This document shows, in pieces, positions 1 to 9,822 of a DNA stretch of 64,000 nt. The notes under the pieces are model-generated. The model was given only the letters and a program-made list of their open reading frames with translations. It was not told where the DNA came from and ran no database searches. The translations under genes and the position numbers were made by a program. Location: IMG/VR virus record IMGVR_UViG_3300043418_000182; one strand, written 5' to 3'. Each line of letters begins with the position of its first letter. Positions within the stretch are counted from its first letter, which is position 1. The stretch is from an uncultured virus (IMG/VR IMGVR_UViG_3300043418_000182). Lineage: Duplodnaviria > Heunggongvirae > Uroviricota > Caudoviricetes > Schitoviridae.

Positions 1-191
1 TGAAGATGCCCGAGACTCAGAAGGTTGAGTTGGAGATCGGGGTTAAAGAGGATTCAAGTATTGCCCAGTTGCGGGCGGCGACAATGGAGTTGGCCCGTGC
101 ACAAAGGCTGGCCATGGAGAGCGGGGCTTCTAGTGCACAAGAGATGGCTCACGCAAAGATCATTGTTGATGTTGAAGCAAAGGAAGTGTGA
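1..191 (+). CDS. N4 gp69-like protein (putative terminase small subunit), 5'-truncated by window edge
   Basis: Frame is open to the left edge. C-terminus KMPETQKVELEIGVKEDSSIAQLR...LA..Q resembles N4-like gp69 proteins, and it lies upstream of terL. Confidence 0.6.
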   Translation, partial: KMPETQKVELEIGVKEDSSIAQLRAATMELARAQRLAMESGASSAQEMAHAKIIVDVEAKEV

Positions 192-751
192 TGGGAATAC
201 TTGGAATGACTGATGAGCAATTCAATGGAATGGATGCTGCTCCTACCTTGCATGATGTGACGGCTCAGGCCTATCCCTTCATCAAGCAACACAACATGGT
301 TGTGGTGCACAACCCTCAAGAGGGGCGGGGCTATGCCGAGACTTGGCCAGCTAATGAACCAGGTGATGCAAAGTACCCACGGCCGGCAAGCATTCCGATG
401 GATCGCCATGGTGTCGAGGTGTTTGCACCTGGGGCGTTTGGCCCACATGACTTGGCCGGTGAAGCCATGCACATTGATCCCTTTGTGAACAAAGAGCGCG
501 ATGGTCTGAGTACGAGTTTGACTCCTGCCCAGATCAAAGCACTGCGCGCCGAGTCCCGTGATTACGACATGTCGATTGGCCAGTACCACATGAGCCATGA
601 GGAGGCGCTACGTAATGCAACCGACTCGTTGATCCGTGGGCACGCTGTAGGCCAGTGGCCGGCTGAAGCAGTTCAGCGCATTGGCTTGGACAAAAAGCAG
701 ATGGAATCCCTTGAGGGTATTCGTCGCTACATTACCGGGGCTGAAAAGTAA
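188..751 (+). CDS. hypothetical protein
   Basis: 187-aa ORF coupled by overlap to both neighbours; no recognised family. Confidence 0.7.
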   Translation: MMGILGMTDEQFNGMDAAPTLHDVTAQAYPFIKQHNMVVVHNPQEGRGYAETWPANEPGDAKYPRPASIPMDRHGVEVFAPGAFGPHDLAGEAMHIDPFVNKERDGLSTSLTPAQIKALRAESRDYDMSIGQYHMSHEEALRNATDSLIRGHAVGQWPAEAVQRIGLDKKQMESLEGIRRYITGAEK

Positions 752-969
752 TGGAACGGATTGATCATCTGCTGTTTAGCCTTTCCTGTGGCTTGGCCAT
801 GGGCGTTTTCTGGGGTGGTGTGGTTGCACTGTTCCATGTGAAGGCTGGGCTTTATGTTGGCCTGGTGCTAGGGCTGTTGACCTTTGCGTTCTTTGCCAAG
901 ATGTACAAGGAGTGGTGGGCTGATGAGGCTGACCTCGGGGTGGCTTCGCAGGATGGGAAAGCTGTATGA
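751..969 (+). CDS. small membrane protein (2 TM)
   Basis: Two hydrophobic stretches; TAATG and ATGA overlaps with flanking genes. Confidence 0.65.
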   Translation: MERIDHLLFSLSCGLAMGVFWGGVVALFHVKAGLYVGLVLGLLTFAFFAKMYKEWWADEADLGVASQDGKAV

Positions 970-2579
970 GTGTTGATCCTGTAGCCGAAGCACTGGCACC
1001 CTGGAAGGTTGAGGATTACCTCAATGACACGAACTACGAGCACGATCCGTTCTATGTGCCCAGTGACTTTGCCCTGGAGTTTGTGACTTTCATCAAGCTG
1101 GTGAACGGCGTGCAGGGTGAAGAGCACAAGACACCGCTGGTTCACTACCGAATGCTGGACACCTTGACCCATGGAGGTGCCCGGGTGGTGAACCTGTGTC
1201 ATCGGGGTATTGCCAAGACCACTGTGATGGGTGAGTACCTGTTCCTGTACATCGCCACCTACGGCGAGATCCCTGGCTTTGGTCGGATTGATCTTTCGCT
1301 GTACGTGTCCGATTCGATTGAGAACGGTGTGAAGAACATGCGCAAGAACTTGGAGTTCCGCTGGGACAACTCCGACTTCCTGAAGCAGTACGTTCCTGAG
1401 ATCAGGTTTACTGATATCCGCTGGGAGTTCAAGAATGCAGATGGCAAGGTGTTCATCGTCAAGGGCTATGGTGCCAAGACCGGTGTTCGTGGAGCCAAGG
1501 AGATGGGCAAGCGGCCGCAGCTGGCGGTGCTCGATGACTTGATCTCTGATGAGGATGCGCGCTCAGCTACCGTGATCTCTGCTGTGGAAGACACCGTCTA
1601 CAAGGCGGTGAACTATGCGTTGCACCCAACCAAAAACATGATCATTTGGTCAGGCACTCCGTTTAATGCAAAGGATCCTTTGTACAAAGCAGTGGAGTCT
1701 GGTGCCTGGGCGGTTAACGTGTTCCCTGTGTGCGAGGCATTCCCATGCACACGAGAAGAGTTCCGTGGTTCATGGCCTGACCGATTCACCTATGACTATG
1801 TCAAAGATCAGTACGACAAAGCTGTGATGCTGGGTAAGGTTGAGACGTTTAACCAGGAACTGATGCTGCGAATTATGTCTGAAGAAGACAGAATGATTCA
1901 AGACAGTGACATCAACTGGTACAACCTGGATCTTGTTCTGCGCAACAAGAGCCGGTTCAACTTCTACATCACCACTGACTATGCCACGTCGTTGAAGGAC
2001 AAGGCCGACTTTAGTGTGACCAGTGTCTGGGCCTACAACAATGCAGGCGATTGGCTTTGGGTGGATGGTGTGTGCAAGCGACAACTCATGGACAAGAACA
2101 TTGATGACCTCTTCCGTCTATCGCAGATCTATCGGCCACAGAGCGTGGGCATTGAAGTTACTGGTCAACAGGGTGGATTCATCCAATGGATCCAAGGCCA
2201 GATGCTCGAGAGAAATATTTACTTCCCTCTTGCTTCTGAAGGCAACGACAACAAGCCAGGCATCCGCCCCAACACCAACAAGCTCGTTCGGTTTAATACC
2301 GTGGTTCCTTTGTTCAAAGCACGCAAGATCTTTTTCCCGCTAGAGAAGAAGACCGAGCCTACAATTGCCGAAGCCATCAATGAACTGAGCCTGGTTTCTG
2401 TTTCTGGATTCCGCAGTAAGCACGACGACTTCATCGACACGATCTCGATGCTGTCCTCACTGACTCCTTGGAAGCCTTCGGAAGAAGCAGCCATGGTTGA
2501 ATCAGGCAAGGGCAACGGCATGTGGGAAGTCGACGTAGACGACGAACCTGTAGACCGTATGTCTTCATACATCGTGTAA
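966..2579 (+). CDS. terL: terminase large subunit (N4 gp68-like)
   Basis: Walker A-like CHRGIAKTT, Walker B LAVLDD, GTPF coupling motif, and RNase H-like nuclease TTDYA...HDDFIDT. Confidence 0.95.
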   Translation: MSVDPVAEALAPWKVEDYLNDTNYEHDPFYVPSDFALEFVTFIKLVNGVQGEEHKTPLVHYRMLDTLTHGGARVVNLCHRGIAKTTVMGEYLFLYIATYGEIPGFGRIDLSLYVSDSIENGVKNMRKNLEFRWDNSDFLKQYVPEIRFTDIRWEFKNADGKVFIVKGYGAKTGVRGAKEMGKRPQLAVLDDLISDEDARSATVISAVEDTVYKAVNYALHPTKNMIIWSGTPFNAKDPLYKAVESGAWAVNVFPVCEAFPCTREEFRGSWPDRFTYDYVKDQYDKAVMLGKVETFNQELMLRIMSEEDRMIQDSDINWYNLDLVLRNKSRFNFYITTDYATSLKDKADFSVTSVWAYNNAGDWLWVDGVCKRQLMDKNIDDLFRLSQIYRPQSVGIEVTGQQGGFIQWIQGQMLERNIYFPLASEGNDNKPGIRPNTNKLVRFNTVVPLFKARKIFFPLEKKTEPTIAEAINELSLVSVSGFRSKHDDFIDTISMLSSLTPWKPSEEAAMVESGKGNGMWEVDVDDEPVDRMSSYIV

Positions 2580-2588
2580 GGAATACCA

Positions 2589-3335
2589 ATGAAACTCAAA
2601 GAAATCTTCGACCAGCTTACCTATGGTGAGCTCTCCCAGTTGTCCATCGGTGGCGGTGACTTGGGTGCCATCCAAGCCAAAGACTACGATCGCATCTTGG
2701 CCCACATCAACTTAGGGATGACTGCGCTGCACAAGCGCTTCAACCTGAAAGAAAGCAATGTGTTGCTCGAGTTGCAAAGCGGCCGTACTTTGTACCCGAT
2801 CAAGACAGCCTTTGCTGTGACGGGCAAATCCAAGGAACCGATCCGCTTTCTGAAGGACTCATTGGAGGTGCCGTTCAAAGACAACGTGCACAAGATCGAA
2901 CGGGTCTACACGGATAAAGGCGTGGAGCTGTCAATCAATGACCAGGAAGATCAGTATTCGTTGTCGACTCCCCAGGTCACCATGCTTCGTGTGCCGGCAT
3001 CTATTGTCAACAACCCAGTGGATTTTCCTGAGAACTTGATGACCAAGACGTTGGATATCTACTACCGAGCCAACAGTTTGCCGATCGTCACAGATGATGG
3101 GGATCTGGAACCTGAATCGGTTGAAGTGGATCTTCCTTACGCGTACCTGGAACCTTTGCTGTTGTTCATTGCTGCCCGCATGCACGCGCCCCTGGGTACT
3201 GGCCAGCTGGAAGGCTTTGGTGCCAGCAACTACTACGCGCGCTATGAAGCAGCCTGCCAAGACTTGGAGAACTTTGACCTTGATGTGGATCAAGTGTCTC
3301 AGCCTGATCGCTTGCACAACAAAGGTTTCGTTTAA
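2589..3335 (+). CDS. N4 gp67-like virion/tail adaptor protein
   Basis: Follows terL as in N4; LTYGELSQL start and C-terminal KGFV are typical of the family. Confidence 0.75.
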   Translation: MKLKEIFDQLTYGELSQLSIGGGDLGAIQAKDYDRILAHINLGMTALHKRFNLKESNVLLELQSGRTLYPIKTAFAVTGKSKEPIRFLKDSLEVPFKDNVHKIERVYTDKGVELSINDQEDQYSLSTPQVTMLRVPASIVNNPVDFPENLMTKTLDIYYRANSLPIVTDDGDLEPESVEVDLPYAYLEPLLLFIAARMHAPLGTGQLEGFGASNYYARYEAACQDLENFDLDVDQVSQPDRLHNKGFV

Positions 3336-3364
3336 GATTGAAGCCCAACTTCAAAGGAACTTCC

Positions 3365-3418
3365 ATGAAAAAAGGCAAAGACGGTAAAGGCAAGGGCGGC
3401 GGCGGCAAGAAGTGCTGA
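3365..3418 (+). CDS. 17-aa Lys/Gly-rich micropeptide MKKGKDGKGKGGGGKKC
   Basis: Read manually. AAGGAAC RBS directly upstream and terminator directly downstream; too short for the ORF track. Confidence 0.5.
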   Translation: MKKGKDGKGKGGGGKKC

Positions 3419-3433
3419 TCTACCCTTGAATTG

Positions 3434-3464
3434 AAAAAGCCCCAGCAATTGGGGCTTTTTCTTT
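3434..3464. terminator. bidirectional intrinsic terminator
   Basis: AAAAAGCCCC-agcaatt-GGGGCTTTTT between convergent genes. Confidence 0.85.
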
Positions 3465-3476
3465 GGTGGCTTGGCT

Positions 3477-3896
3477 TTATTGGCCAGTAGATCCAAAGCC
3501 GCCGGTACCACGCTTGGTTTCATCCAAGGAATCCACCTGGTTCAAGGTGACATTGGCAATGGGTACGATCATGAATTGAAGGACGCGATCACCTGCTTTC
3601 CACTCAAATGGCACACCTGACTTGGTTTTAATCGCGGCTTTCCATTCTCCGCGATAATCGGAGTCAATGACACCACAAGTGTTGTTGAGTTCCAAGCCGT
3701 GCTTAGCGCCGGTACTGGAGCGAGGCAACAGCAAACCAACATGGCCTTCGGGAACTGCAGCAGCAAATCCGAGTCCAACCATTTGGCTTAGTTTGGTGGC
3801 TACACCGTCTTCAGGCATAAAGATGTCAAAAGCGCCGGCTTTGTCCGATGCTTTCGTTGGCATAATAAAAGCCTGATGAAGCGATTGAATATCCAT
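3477..3896 (-). CDS. dut: dUTPase (trimeric)
   Basis: Motifs AGAFDI, PRSSTG, GVIDSDYRGE, GDRVLQ, RGTGGFGSTG; start reassigned to MDIQSLH at 3896. Confidence 0.95.
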   Translation of the reverse strand: MDIQSLHQAFIMPTKASDKAGAFDIFMPEDGVATKLSQMVGLGFAAAVPEGHVGLLLPRSSTGAKHGLELNNTCGVIDSDYRGEWKAAIKTKSGVPFEWKAGDRVLQFMIVPIANVTLNQVDSLDETKRGTGGFGSTGQ

Positions 3897-3950
3897 TCTG
3901 TTTTCTCCAAGTGAGTTGATGGGGTGATCTAAAGGTTGAACAAAGATTAT

Positions 3951-6122
3951 ATGAATGAAGATCTGCAATCCATTGGCCTGATGGCTCCTGACTTGACGAA
4001 CTGGAAGAACGCACCAAAGCTTGGTGACCTTAAGCAAGACTTGATCTTTGCAACTCCAACACACAACCTGCAGAAAGCCAAGATCGGCGAGTGGTTGGAT
4101 AACTTGAATGTGACTGGCTCGGCATTGGTCAAGTCACCCAAGGGTAATTCGAGCATTGTTCCCAAGCTGATTCGCAAGCAAGCAGAGTGGCGCTACGCTT
4201 CTTTGAGTGAACCGTTCTTGAGTACTGACGATGTCTTCAATGTGAAGCCTGTGACTTGGGAAGACCGGGATTCAGCCAAGCAAAATCAGCTGGTGCTGAA
4301 CCATCAGTTCAATGTGGACATTGACAAGACGCGTTTTGTTGACGAGTACGTGCGCACCGCAGTGGATGAAGGCACGGTCATTGTTCGAGTGGGTTGGGAA
4401 TTCCGTGAGGAGGAATACACCGCCAAGGTGCCTACCGTGGAATACCGGGTAAACCCTGAGTTTTTGCCAATGCACCAGCACCTGGATGACCTGGAAAAGA
4501 ATTCCCCCAGCGAGTACCAGACCGATGTGCCCGAAGAGCTCAAGCAAGCGCATGACCTTTACAAAGAACAAGGCCAGCCAATCGAACCTGTGGTGATTGG
4601 TGAGCATGAAGAAAAAAAGACCCGCACGTTGGTTAACCGCCCTACGTTGGAAGTCTGTGATTACCGCAACGTGACGATCGACCCCACTTGTTTGGGCAAC
4701 ATCGACAAAGCTGGCTTTGTCATCTACACGTTCGAGACTTCTATGTCCGACTTGGAGAAGGACGGCAAGTACAAGAACTTGAAGTTTGTCAACGTTGATG
4801 GCAACACCGTGCTGGGCACTCCTGATCACATCCCATCTGACGGCGTGCGTAGCTTTAACTTCCGTGACAAGCCGCGTAAGAAGCTGGTGGTTCATGAGTA
4901 CTGGGGTTTCTGGGACATCAATGGTGACGGTAAGACCGAGCCATTTGTTGCCGCCTGGGTGGGCGACACCATGATCCGCTTGGAGAAGAACCCTTACCCG
5001 GACAAGAAGGTTCCTTTCATTGTTGAGCACTACCTCCCAGTGCGCAAAGCGGTTTACGGTGAGCCTGATGGTTCGCTGTTGGAAGACAACCAGAAGGTGA
5101 TTGGTGCTGTCACGCGCGGCATGATCGACATCATGGGCAAATCTGCCAACGGTCAGACCGGTATCCGCAAGGACATGCTGGACACTACCAACCGTCGCAA
5201 GTTTGACAAGGGTTTGGACTACGAGTTCAACGTGAACGTGGATCCTCGTCAGGGTGTCTTCATGCACACGTACCCTGAGATTCCTCAATCAGCCGAGTTC
5301 ATGCTGCAGCTGCAGAACATGGAAGCCGAATCCTTGACTGGGGTGAAAGCCTACAGCCAGGGAGTGTCTGGTCAAAGCTTGGGTGATGTAGCTGCCGGCG
5401 TGCGCGGTGCTTTGGATGCTGCATCCAAGCGTGAACTGGGCATTCTGCGTCGCTTGTCCAACGGTATCGTCAGCATTGGCGAGAAGATCATCAGCATGAA
5501 CGCTGAGTTCTTGTCCGAGACTGAAGTCATCCGAGTCACCAATGAGCAATTCGTCACCATTCACCGTGATGAGTTGGCTGGAAAGTTTGACTTGCGCTTG
5601 TCCATCAGCACGGCAGAAGAAAACAACAACAAGGCTGAGCAATTGGCTTTCCTGTTGCAGACGGTTGGCCCTAATACGGATCCAGGAATTATGACTATGA
5701 TCCTGGGTGACATTGCTACGCTGCGCAAAATGCCTGACTTGGCCCACAAGATCACCAGTTATCAGCCTCAACCTGATCCTTTGGCTCAAGAGAAAGCGCA
5801 ACTGGAAATTGAATTGCTCAAAGCACAGATTGCCAAAGAGAATGCACAGGCAATGAGCTACCAATCCGGTGCAATGTTGGACCAAGCCAAGTCTGGAACC
5901 GAACAAGTCAAACAAGGCCACATCAAATCAGACACTGATTTGAAGAATCTTGAGTTTGTTGAGCAAGAGTCGGGTGTTCACCAGGAACGTGCCAAGGAAT
6001 TGGCCGGTGAGCAGGCTACTTCTCAAGGTCACTTGGCTCTTTTAAACCATGAATTGGACAAAGACGCTAAAGATACCGACCTTGTTTATGAATACCGCAA
6101 GAAAATGATGGCTAAAAAGTAA
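3951..6122 (+). CDS. portal protein (N4 gp59-like)
   Basis: LTNWKNAPKLGDLKQD, PKLIRKQAEWRY and ALDAASKRELGILRRL segments are characteristic of N4 portals; position precedes the head genes. Confidence 0.92.
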   Translation: MNEDLQSIGLMAPDLTNWKNAPKLGDLKQDLIFATPTHNLQKAKIGEWLDNLNVTGSALVKSPKGNSSIVPKLIRKQAEWRYASLSEPFLSTDDVFNVKPVTWEDRDSAKQNQLVLNHQFNVDIDKTRFVDEYVRTAVDEGTVIVRVGWEFREEEYTAKVPTVEYRVNPEFLPMHQHLDDLEKNSPSEYQTDVPEELKQAHDLYKEQGQPIEPVVIGEHEEKKTRTLVNRPTLEVCDYRNVTIDPTCLGNIDKAGFVIYTFETSMSDLEKDGKYKNLKFVNVDGNTVLGTPDHIPSDGVRSFNFRDKPRKKLVVHEYWGFWDINGDGKTEPFVAAWVGDTMIRLEKNPYPDKKVPFIVEHYLPVRKAVYGEPDGSLLEDNQKVIGAVTRGMIDIMGKSANGQTGIRKDMLDTTNRRKFDKGLDYEFNVNVDPRQGVFMHTYPEIPQSAEFMLQLQNMEAESLTGVKAYSQGVSGQSLGDVAAGVRGALDAASKRELGILRRLSNGIVSIGEKIISMNAEFLSETEVIRVTNEQFVTIHRDELAGKFDLRLSISTAEENNNKAEQLAFLLQTVGPNTDPGIMTMILGDIATLRKMPDLAHKITSYQPQPDPLAQEKAQLEIELLKAQIAKENAQAMSYQSGAMLDQAKSGTEQVKQGHIKSDTDLKNLEFVEQESGVHQERAKELAGEQATSQGHLALLNHELDKDAKDTDLVYEYRKKMMAKK

Positions 6123-6188
6123 TATAGTACGGGGGTGGGTAAGTAATTACCCGCTTCCTCTATTAACTTTCTGAAAGCACTGGTAGAC

Positions 6189-6530
6189 ATGAGCAATACC
6201 ACCATCCAAGCGATCGAAGCGAACATCGCTGAAGCGCGCAAGATCGTTGACTTCGGTCACGCACTCGAGCGTCTTCAAAACAACGCCGACTTTAAGAAGG
6301 TCGTTAAAGAAGGCTACTTCAAAGAAGAAGCAATTCGCTTGGTTCAGGCCAAAGCACATCCCAATCTGCAATCTGCAGACAGCCAAAAGGCCATCATCCA
6401 ACAGATTGACGCCATTGGTTCCTTGACCCAGTACTTTGACACGGTTTTCCACAAGGCCACTTTGGCTGCCAAGGCAATTGCCTCGGATGAAGAAGCCCGT
6501 GACGAAATCCTTGCTGAAGGAGACAACTAA
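6189..6530 (+). CDS. N4 gp58-like protein
   Basis: ALERLQNNADFKKVVKEGYF motif; synteny between portal and gp57. Confidence 0.75.
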   Translation: MSNTTIQAIEANIAEARKIVDFGHALERLQNNADFKKVVKEGYFKEEAIRLVQAKAHPNLQSADSQKAIIQQIDAIGSLTQYFDTVFHKATLAAKAIASDEEARDEILAEGDN

Positions 6531-7726
6531 TGTCTGACAAGCAAGATGAAATCCTGGAAGAGGAAGAAGACACCACAGACTTGCCAGATACTCTGAACAT
6601 GTCTGATGAAGACTTCCTGAAAATGGGTGCACCTGGTGCCCCAGTGGCTGCAAGCCTGGAAGAAGAGCTGGCTAGTGCCGCTCCCCAGGAAGGCGACGCT
6701 GACCCAGAAGACAAGGATGAAGAGTCGACGGACGCTGACGACGAAGACGGCGACAAGCCGGCTGAGGAAGTTGCGGACGGAGACGACAAACCAGCTGCAG
6801 CTGAAGACAAAGCTCCCCCAGCAGATGACAAGGTAGAAAAAGCCGAGCCAAAAGCTGAGGAAAAGTCTGAAGAGCAAGCTGCTGTTAACTACGAAGCTGA
6901 GTACAAGCGACTCATTGCTCCGTTCAAAGCAAACGGGCGAGACATTCAAGTCAAAAGCGTTGATGACGCTATCGTCCTGATGCAGATGGGTGCCAACTAC
7001 AACAAAAAGATGGCTGCCCTGAAACCCAATCTGAAGCTTATGAAGCTGTTGGACAACAACGGTCTCCTAAGTGAGGATAAAATCAGCTTCTTAATCGATC
7101 TGGAAAAGAAAAATCCAGCGGCGATTAACAAGCTGGTGAAAGACAGCGGCATCGATCCATTGGATTTAGATGCCGATAAAGCGAGCGCGTATAAGCAGAC
7201 TGCTTACACTGTTGACGATCGTGAGATTGAGCTGGATACGGTCCTTGATGACATTCAAGGAACTCCTTCGTACAACCGGACACTCGATATTGTTAGCAAT
7301 AAGTGGGACGCTGCAAGTAAAGGTGTGATTGCAGGATCTCCGCAGTTGTTGAAAGTCATCAATGACCATATTTCAAATGGCATCTATGACGTGATCACTA
7401 AAGAGATCGAAAACGAACGCACCTTTGGTCGCTTGGTTGGCGTGTCTGACATCGAAGCCTACCGGCAAGTCGGCGATGCACTACATGCACGCGGCGGGTT
7501 TAACCATTTGGTCCAGGGTAGCTCCCAGGCTCAAGGGAAACCAGCAGCAGCACCCGTAGTTGTAACCCCGAAACCGAAGCAGGTGGATGACGGCAAGCTG
7601 AAAGACAAAAAGCGGGCTGCAAGCTCCACTAAACCTGCTGTCTCTGGCTCTGGTGCACAAGATTTCAACCCCTTGAGCATGTCAGATGAAGAGTTCAGCA
7701 AAATTGCAAATAAACAGTTTTCGTAA
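6530..7726 (+). CDS. N4 gp57-like protein (scaffold / annotated tape measure)
   Basis: Acidic N-terminus, PFKANGRDI...LMQMGANY motif, MSDEEF C-terminal repeat; directly upstream of MCP. Confidence 0.85.
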   Translation: MSDKQDEILEEEEDTTDLPDTLNMSDEDFLKMGAPGAPVAASLEEELASAAPQEGDADPEDKDEESTDADDEDGDKPAEEVADGDDKPAAAEDKAPPADDKVEKAEPKAEEKSEEQAAVNYEAEYKRLIAPFKANGRDIQVKSVDDAIVLMQMGANYNKKMAALKPNLKLMKLLDNNGLLSEDKISFLIDLEKKNPAAINKLVKDSGIDPLDLDADKASAYKQTAYTVDDREIELDTVLDDIQGTPSYNRTLDIVSNKWDAASKGVIAGSPQLLKVINDHISNGIYDVITKEIENERTFGRLVGVSDIEAYRQVGDALHARGGFNHLVQGSSQAQGKPAAAPVVVTPKPKQVDDGKLKDKKRAASSTKPAVSGSGAQDFNPLSMSDEEFSKIANKQFS

Positions 7727-7741
7727 CTAAGGAAATCCATC

Positions 7742-9151
7742 ATGAAATTCAATGATCCCGTAAACGGCACCGCTTCGAGCGTCGGCCCACAAATCATCAA
7801 CCTGTACTACCAGAAAAAGGCTCTGGTAGAACTTCCCAAACTGCAGTACTTCTCGCAGTTGGCTGATGTCACTTCGATGCCTAAGAACTTCGGCAAGAAG
7901 ATCAAGCGTTACCACTACATGCCTATGCTTGATGACCGCAACATCAACGACCAAGGTATCGACGCTGCTGGTGTGGCCATCTCTGGCACCACTTACACAG
8001 TGACTTTCCCTCGTTTGACTGTGGCTGTTGCCAACGCTGGCAAAGGTGCTGCTGCAACTGCAATCGCTGACAACACTTCTGGTGTGACCGCTTCTGCTGG
8101 TGCTGACAACTCTGGCGGTACTGGCTTGGCCACGATCACTTTGAGCGGCGTGTCTGCTCAATACTCAAACGCTACCAAAGCTAACGCTGTGGTTGCTTTG
8201 AACGTTGGTGTGATCAAGCAAGTCAATGGTGGCAACCTCTACGGTTCCAGCAAAGACGTGGGCGTGATCTCCGGCAAGATGCCAGCATTGAGCGAAACCG
8301 GTGGCCGCGTGAACCGTGTTGGTTTCAAGCGTATCGAACTCGAAGGCACCATCGAGAAGTTTGGCTTCTTTGATGACTACACCCAAGAATCGATGGACTT
8401 CGACACTGACGAAGCCTTGATGGAACACATCAACCGCGAAATGATTCTCGGCGCGAACGAGATGACTGAAGATGCGTTGCAGATTGACTTGCTGAACTCA
8501 GCTGGTGTGGTCAAGTACGCAGGTCATGCTACTACTGCCGGCGAAATCGACAGCGCATGTGAAGTGACTTACGGCGACATGCTCCGCACTTCGATCACTC
8601 TGGACCAAAACCGTTGCCCTAAGCAAACTAAGGTGATCACTGGTTCACGCATGATCGACACCAAGACCATCCCGTCTGCTCGCGTGGCCTACATCGGCTC
8701 TGAGTTGCTGCCTACTTTCAAGGCCATGAAGGACTTGCATAACAACCCCGCCTTCATCGGTGTGGAACGTTACGGCGCAGCTGGCGCTACAACCTTGAAC
8801 GGCGAAGTCGGCACTGTCGACCAATTCCGTTTGGTTGTGGTTCCTGAAATGATGAAGTGGTCTGGTGCCGGTGCTGATGCTTCTGCTGATGCAACTTGCT
8901 ACGAAACCAACGGCCGTTATGACGTGTTCCCAATCCTCGTGGTTGGTGACGAGTCTTTCACAACCATCGGTTTCCAAACTGACGGCAAGACCGTGAAGTT
9001 CAAGATCACTCACAAGGCTCCTGGTGAAGCTACTGCTAACCAACTGGATCCTTATGGCGAGACCGGCTTCATGTCGATCAAGTGGTACTACGGCTTCATG
9101 TGCTTGCGTCCTGAGCGTATTGCTCTGATCAAGACAGTCGGCAAGCTGTAA
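7742..9151 (+). CDS. major capsid protein (N4 gp56 family) with internal insertion
   Basis: MPKNFGKKIK, DDRNINDQGIDA, GNLYGSSKD, GGRVNRVGF and DPYGETGFMSIKWYYG motifs. Confidence 0.95.
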   Translation: MKFNDPVNGTASSVGPQIINLYYQKKALVELPKLQYFSQLADVTSMPKNFGKKIKRYHYMPMLDDRNINDQGIDAAGVAISGTTYTVTFPRLTVAVANAGKGAAATAIADNTSGVTASAGADNSGGTGLATITLSGVSAQYSNATKANAVVALNVGVIKQVNGGNLYGSSKDVGVISGKMPALSETGGRVNRVGFKRIELEGTIEKFGFFDDYTQESMDFDTDEALMEHINREMILGANEMTEDALQIDLLNSAGVVKYAGHATTAGEIDSACEVTYGDMLRTSITLDQNRCPKQTKVITGSRMIDTKTIPSARVAYIGSELLPTFKAMKDLHNNPAFIGVERYGAAGATTLNGEVGTVDQFRLVVVPEMMKWSGAGADASADATCYETNGRYDVFPILVVGDESFTTIGFQTDGKTVKFKITHKAPGEATANQLDPYGETGFMSIKWYYGFMCLRPERIALIKTVGKL

Positions 9152-9160
9152 TTTGCACTG

Positions 9161-9193
9161 AAGGAGGGTGGGGCAACCCACTCTCCTTATTTG
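9161..9193 (+). terminator. intrinsic terminator after MCP
   Basis: AAGGAGGGTGG-ggcaac-CCACTCTCCTT hairpin followed by ATTT. Confidence 0.65.
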
Positions 9194-9218
9194 ATTTCCT
9201 CACTCTAGAAAGAACGCA

Positions 9219-9797
9219 ATGTCTGATATCGACAACGATCAAACCCAAGCTCCCGTACAAGACGAACTCACCGCACTTAAAGCGCGCGCTGACATGATGG
9301 GCATTTCCTATCATCCTTCCATTGGTTTAGAGAAGCTGCGTGAAAAGGTGAATGCTGCTGTAACTGGCACCCCCGAAACAAAAGAAGATGAGGCTCCAAC
9401 CGTTGTGACGGAAGCTCCTTCTGAAACTGATGCTCAAAAGCGTTCGCGCTTGAAGAACGATGCCAACCGTTTGGTTCGCGTTCGCGTGGCTTGTATGAAC
9501 CCAGCCAAGAAGGAATGGGAAGGCGAGTTCTTCTCTGCCGGTAATGCTGTGGTGGGTACCCTCACCAAGTACGTGCCGTTCAACGCTGAAGATGGCTGGC
9601 ATGTGCCCAACATGATCTTGAAAATGATTCAAGACCGCCAATGCCAAATCTTCTACACGGTCTCTGATGGCCGTGGCAACAAGTCTCGCAAAGGCAAACT
9701 GATCAAAGAATTCTCTGTTGAAGTTCTCCCTGACCTGACAGCCGAAGAGTTGCATGACCTGGCCCAACGCCAAGCCATGAGCAACAGCATCGACTAA
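9219..9797 (+). CDS. N4 gp55-like protein
   Basis: ELTALKARADMMGISYHPSIGLEKLR and RVRVACMNPAKKEWEGE motifs; synteny. Confidence 0.85.
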   Translation: MSDIDNDQTQAPVQDELTALKARADMMGISYHPSIGLEKLREKVNAAVTGTPETKEDEAPTVVTEAPSETDAQKRSRLKNDANRLVRVRVACMNPAKKEWEGEFFSAGNAVVGTLTKYVPFNAEDGWHVPNMILKMIQDRQCQIFYTVSDGRGNKSRKGKLIKEFSVEVLPDLTAEELHDLAQRQAMSNSID

Positions 9798-9822
9798 GTA
9801 GTCCCCGAACCTGGATAGACCT

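Noticed and set aside
3897..4064. Extended N-terminus of dUTPase given in the ORF track
   Set aside because: It overlaps the divergent portal gene; the dUTPase fold starts at Met 3896.
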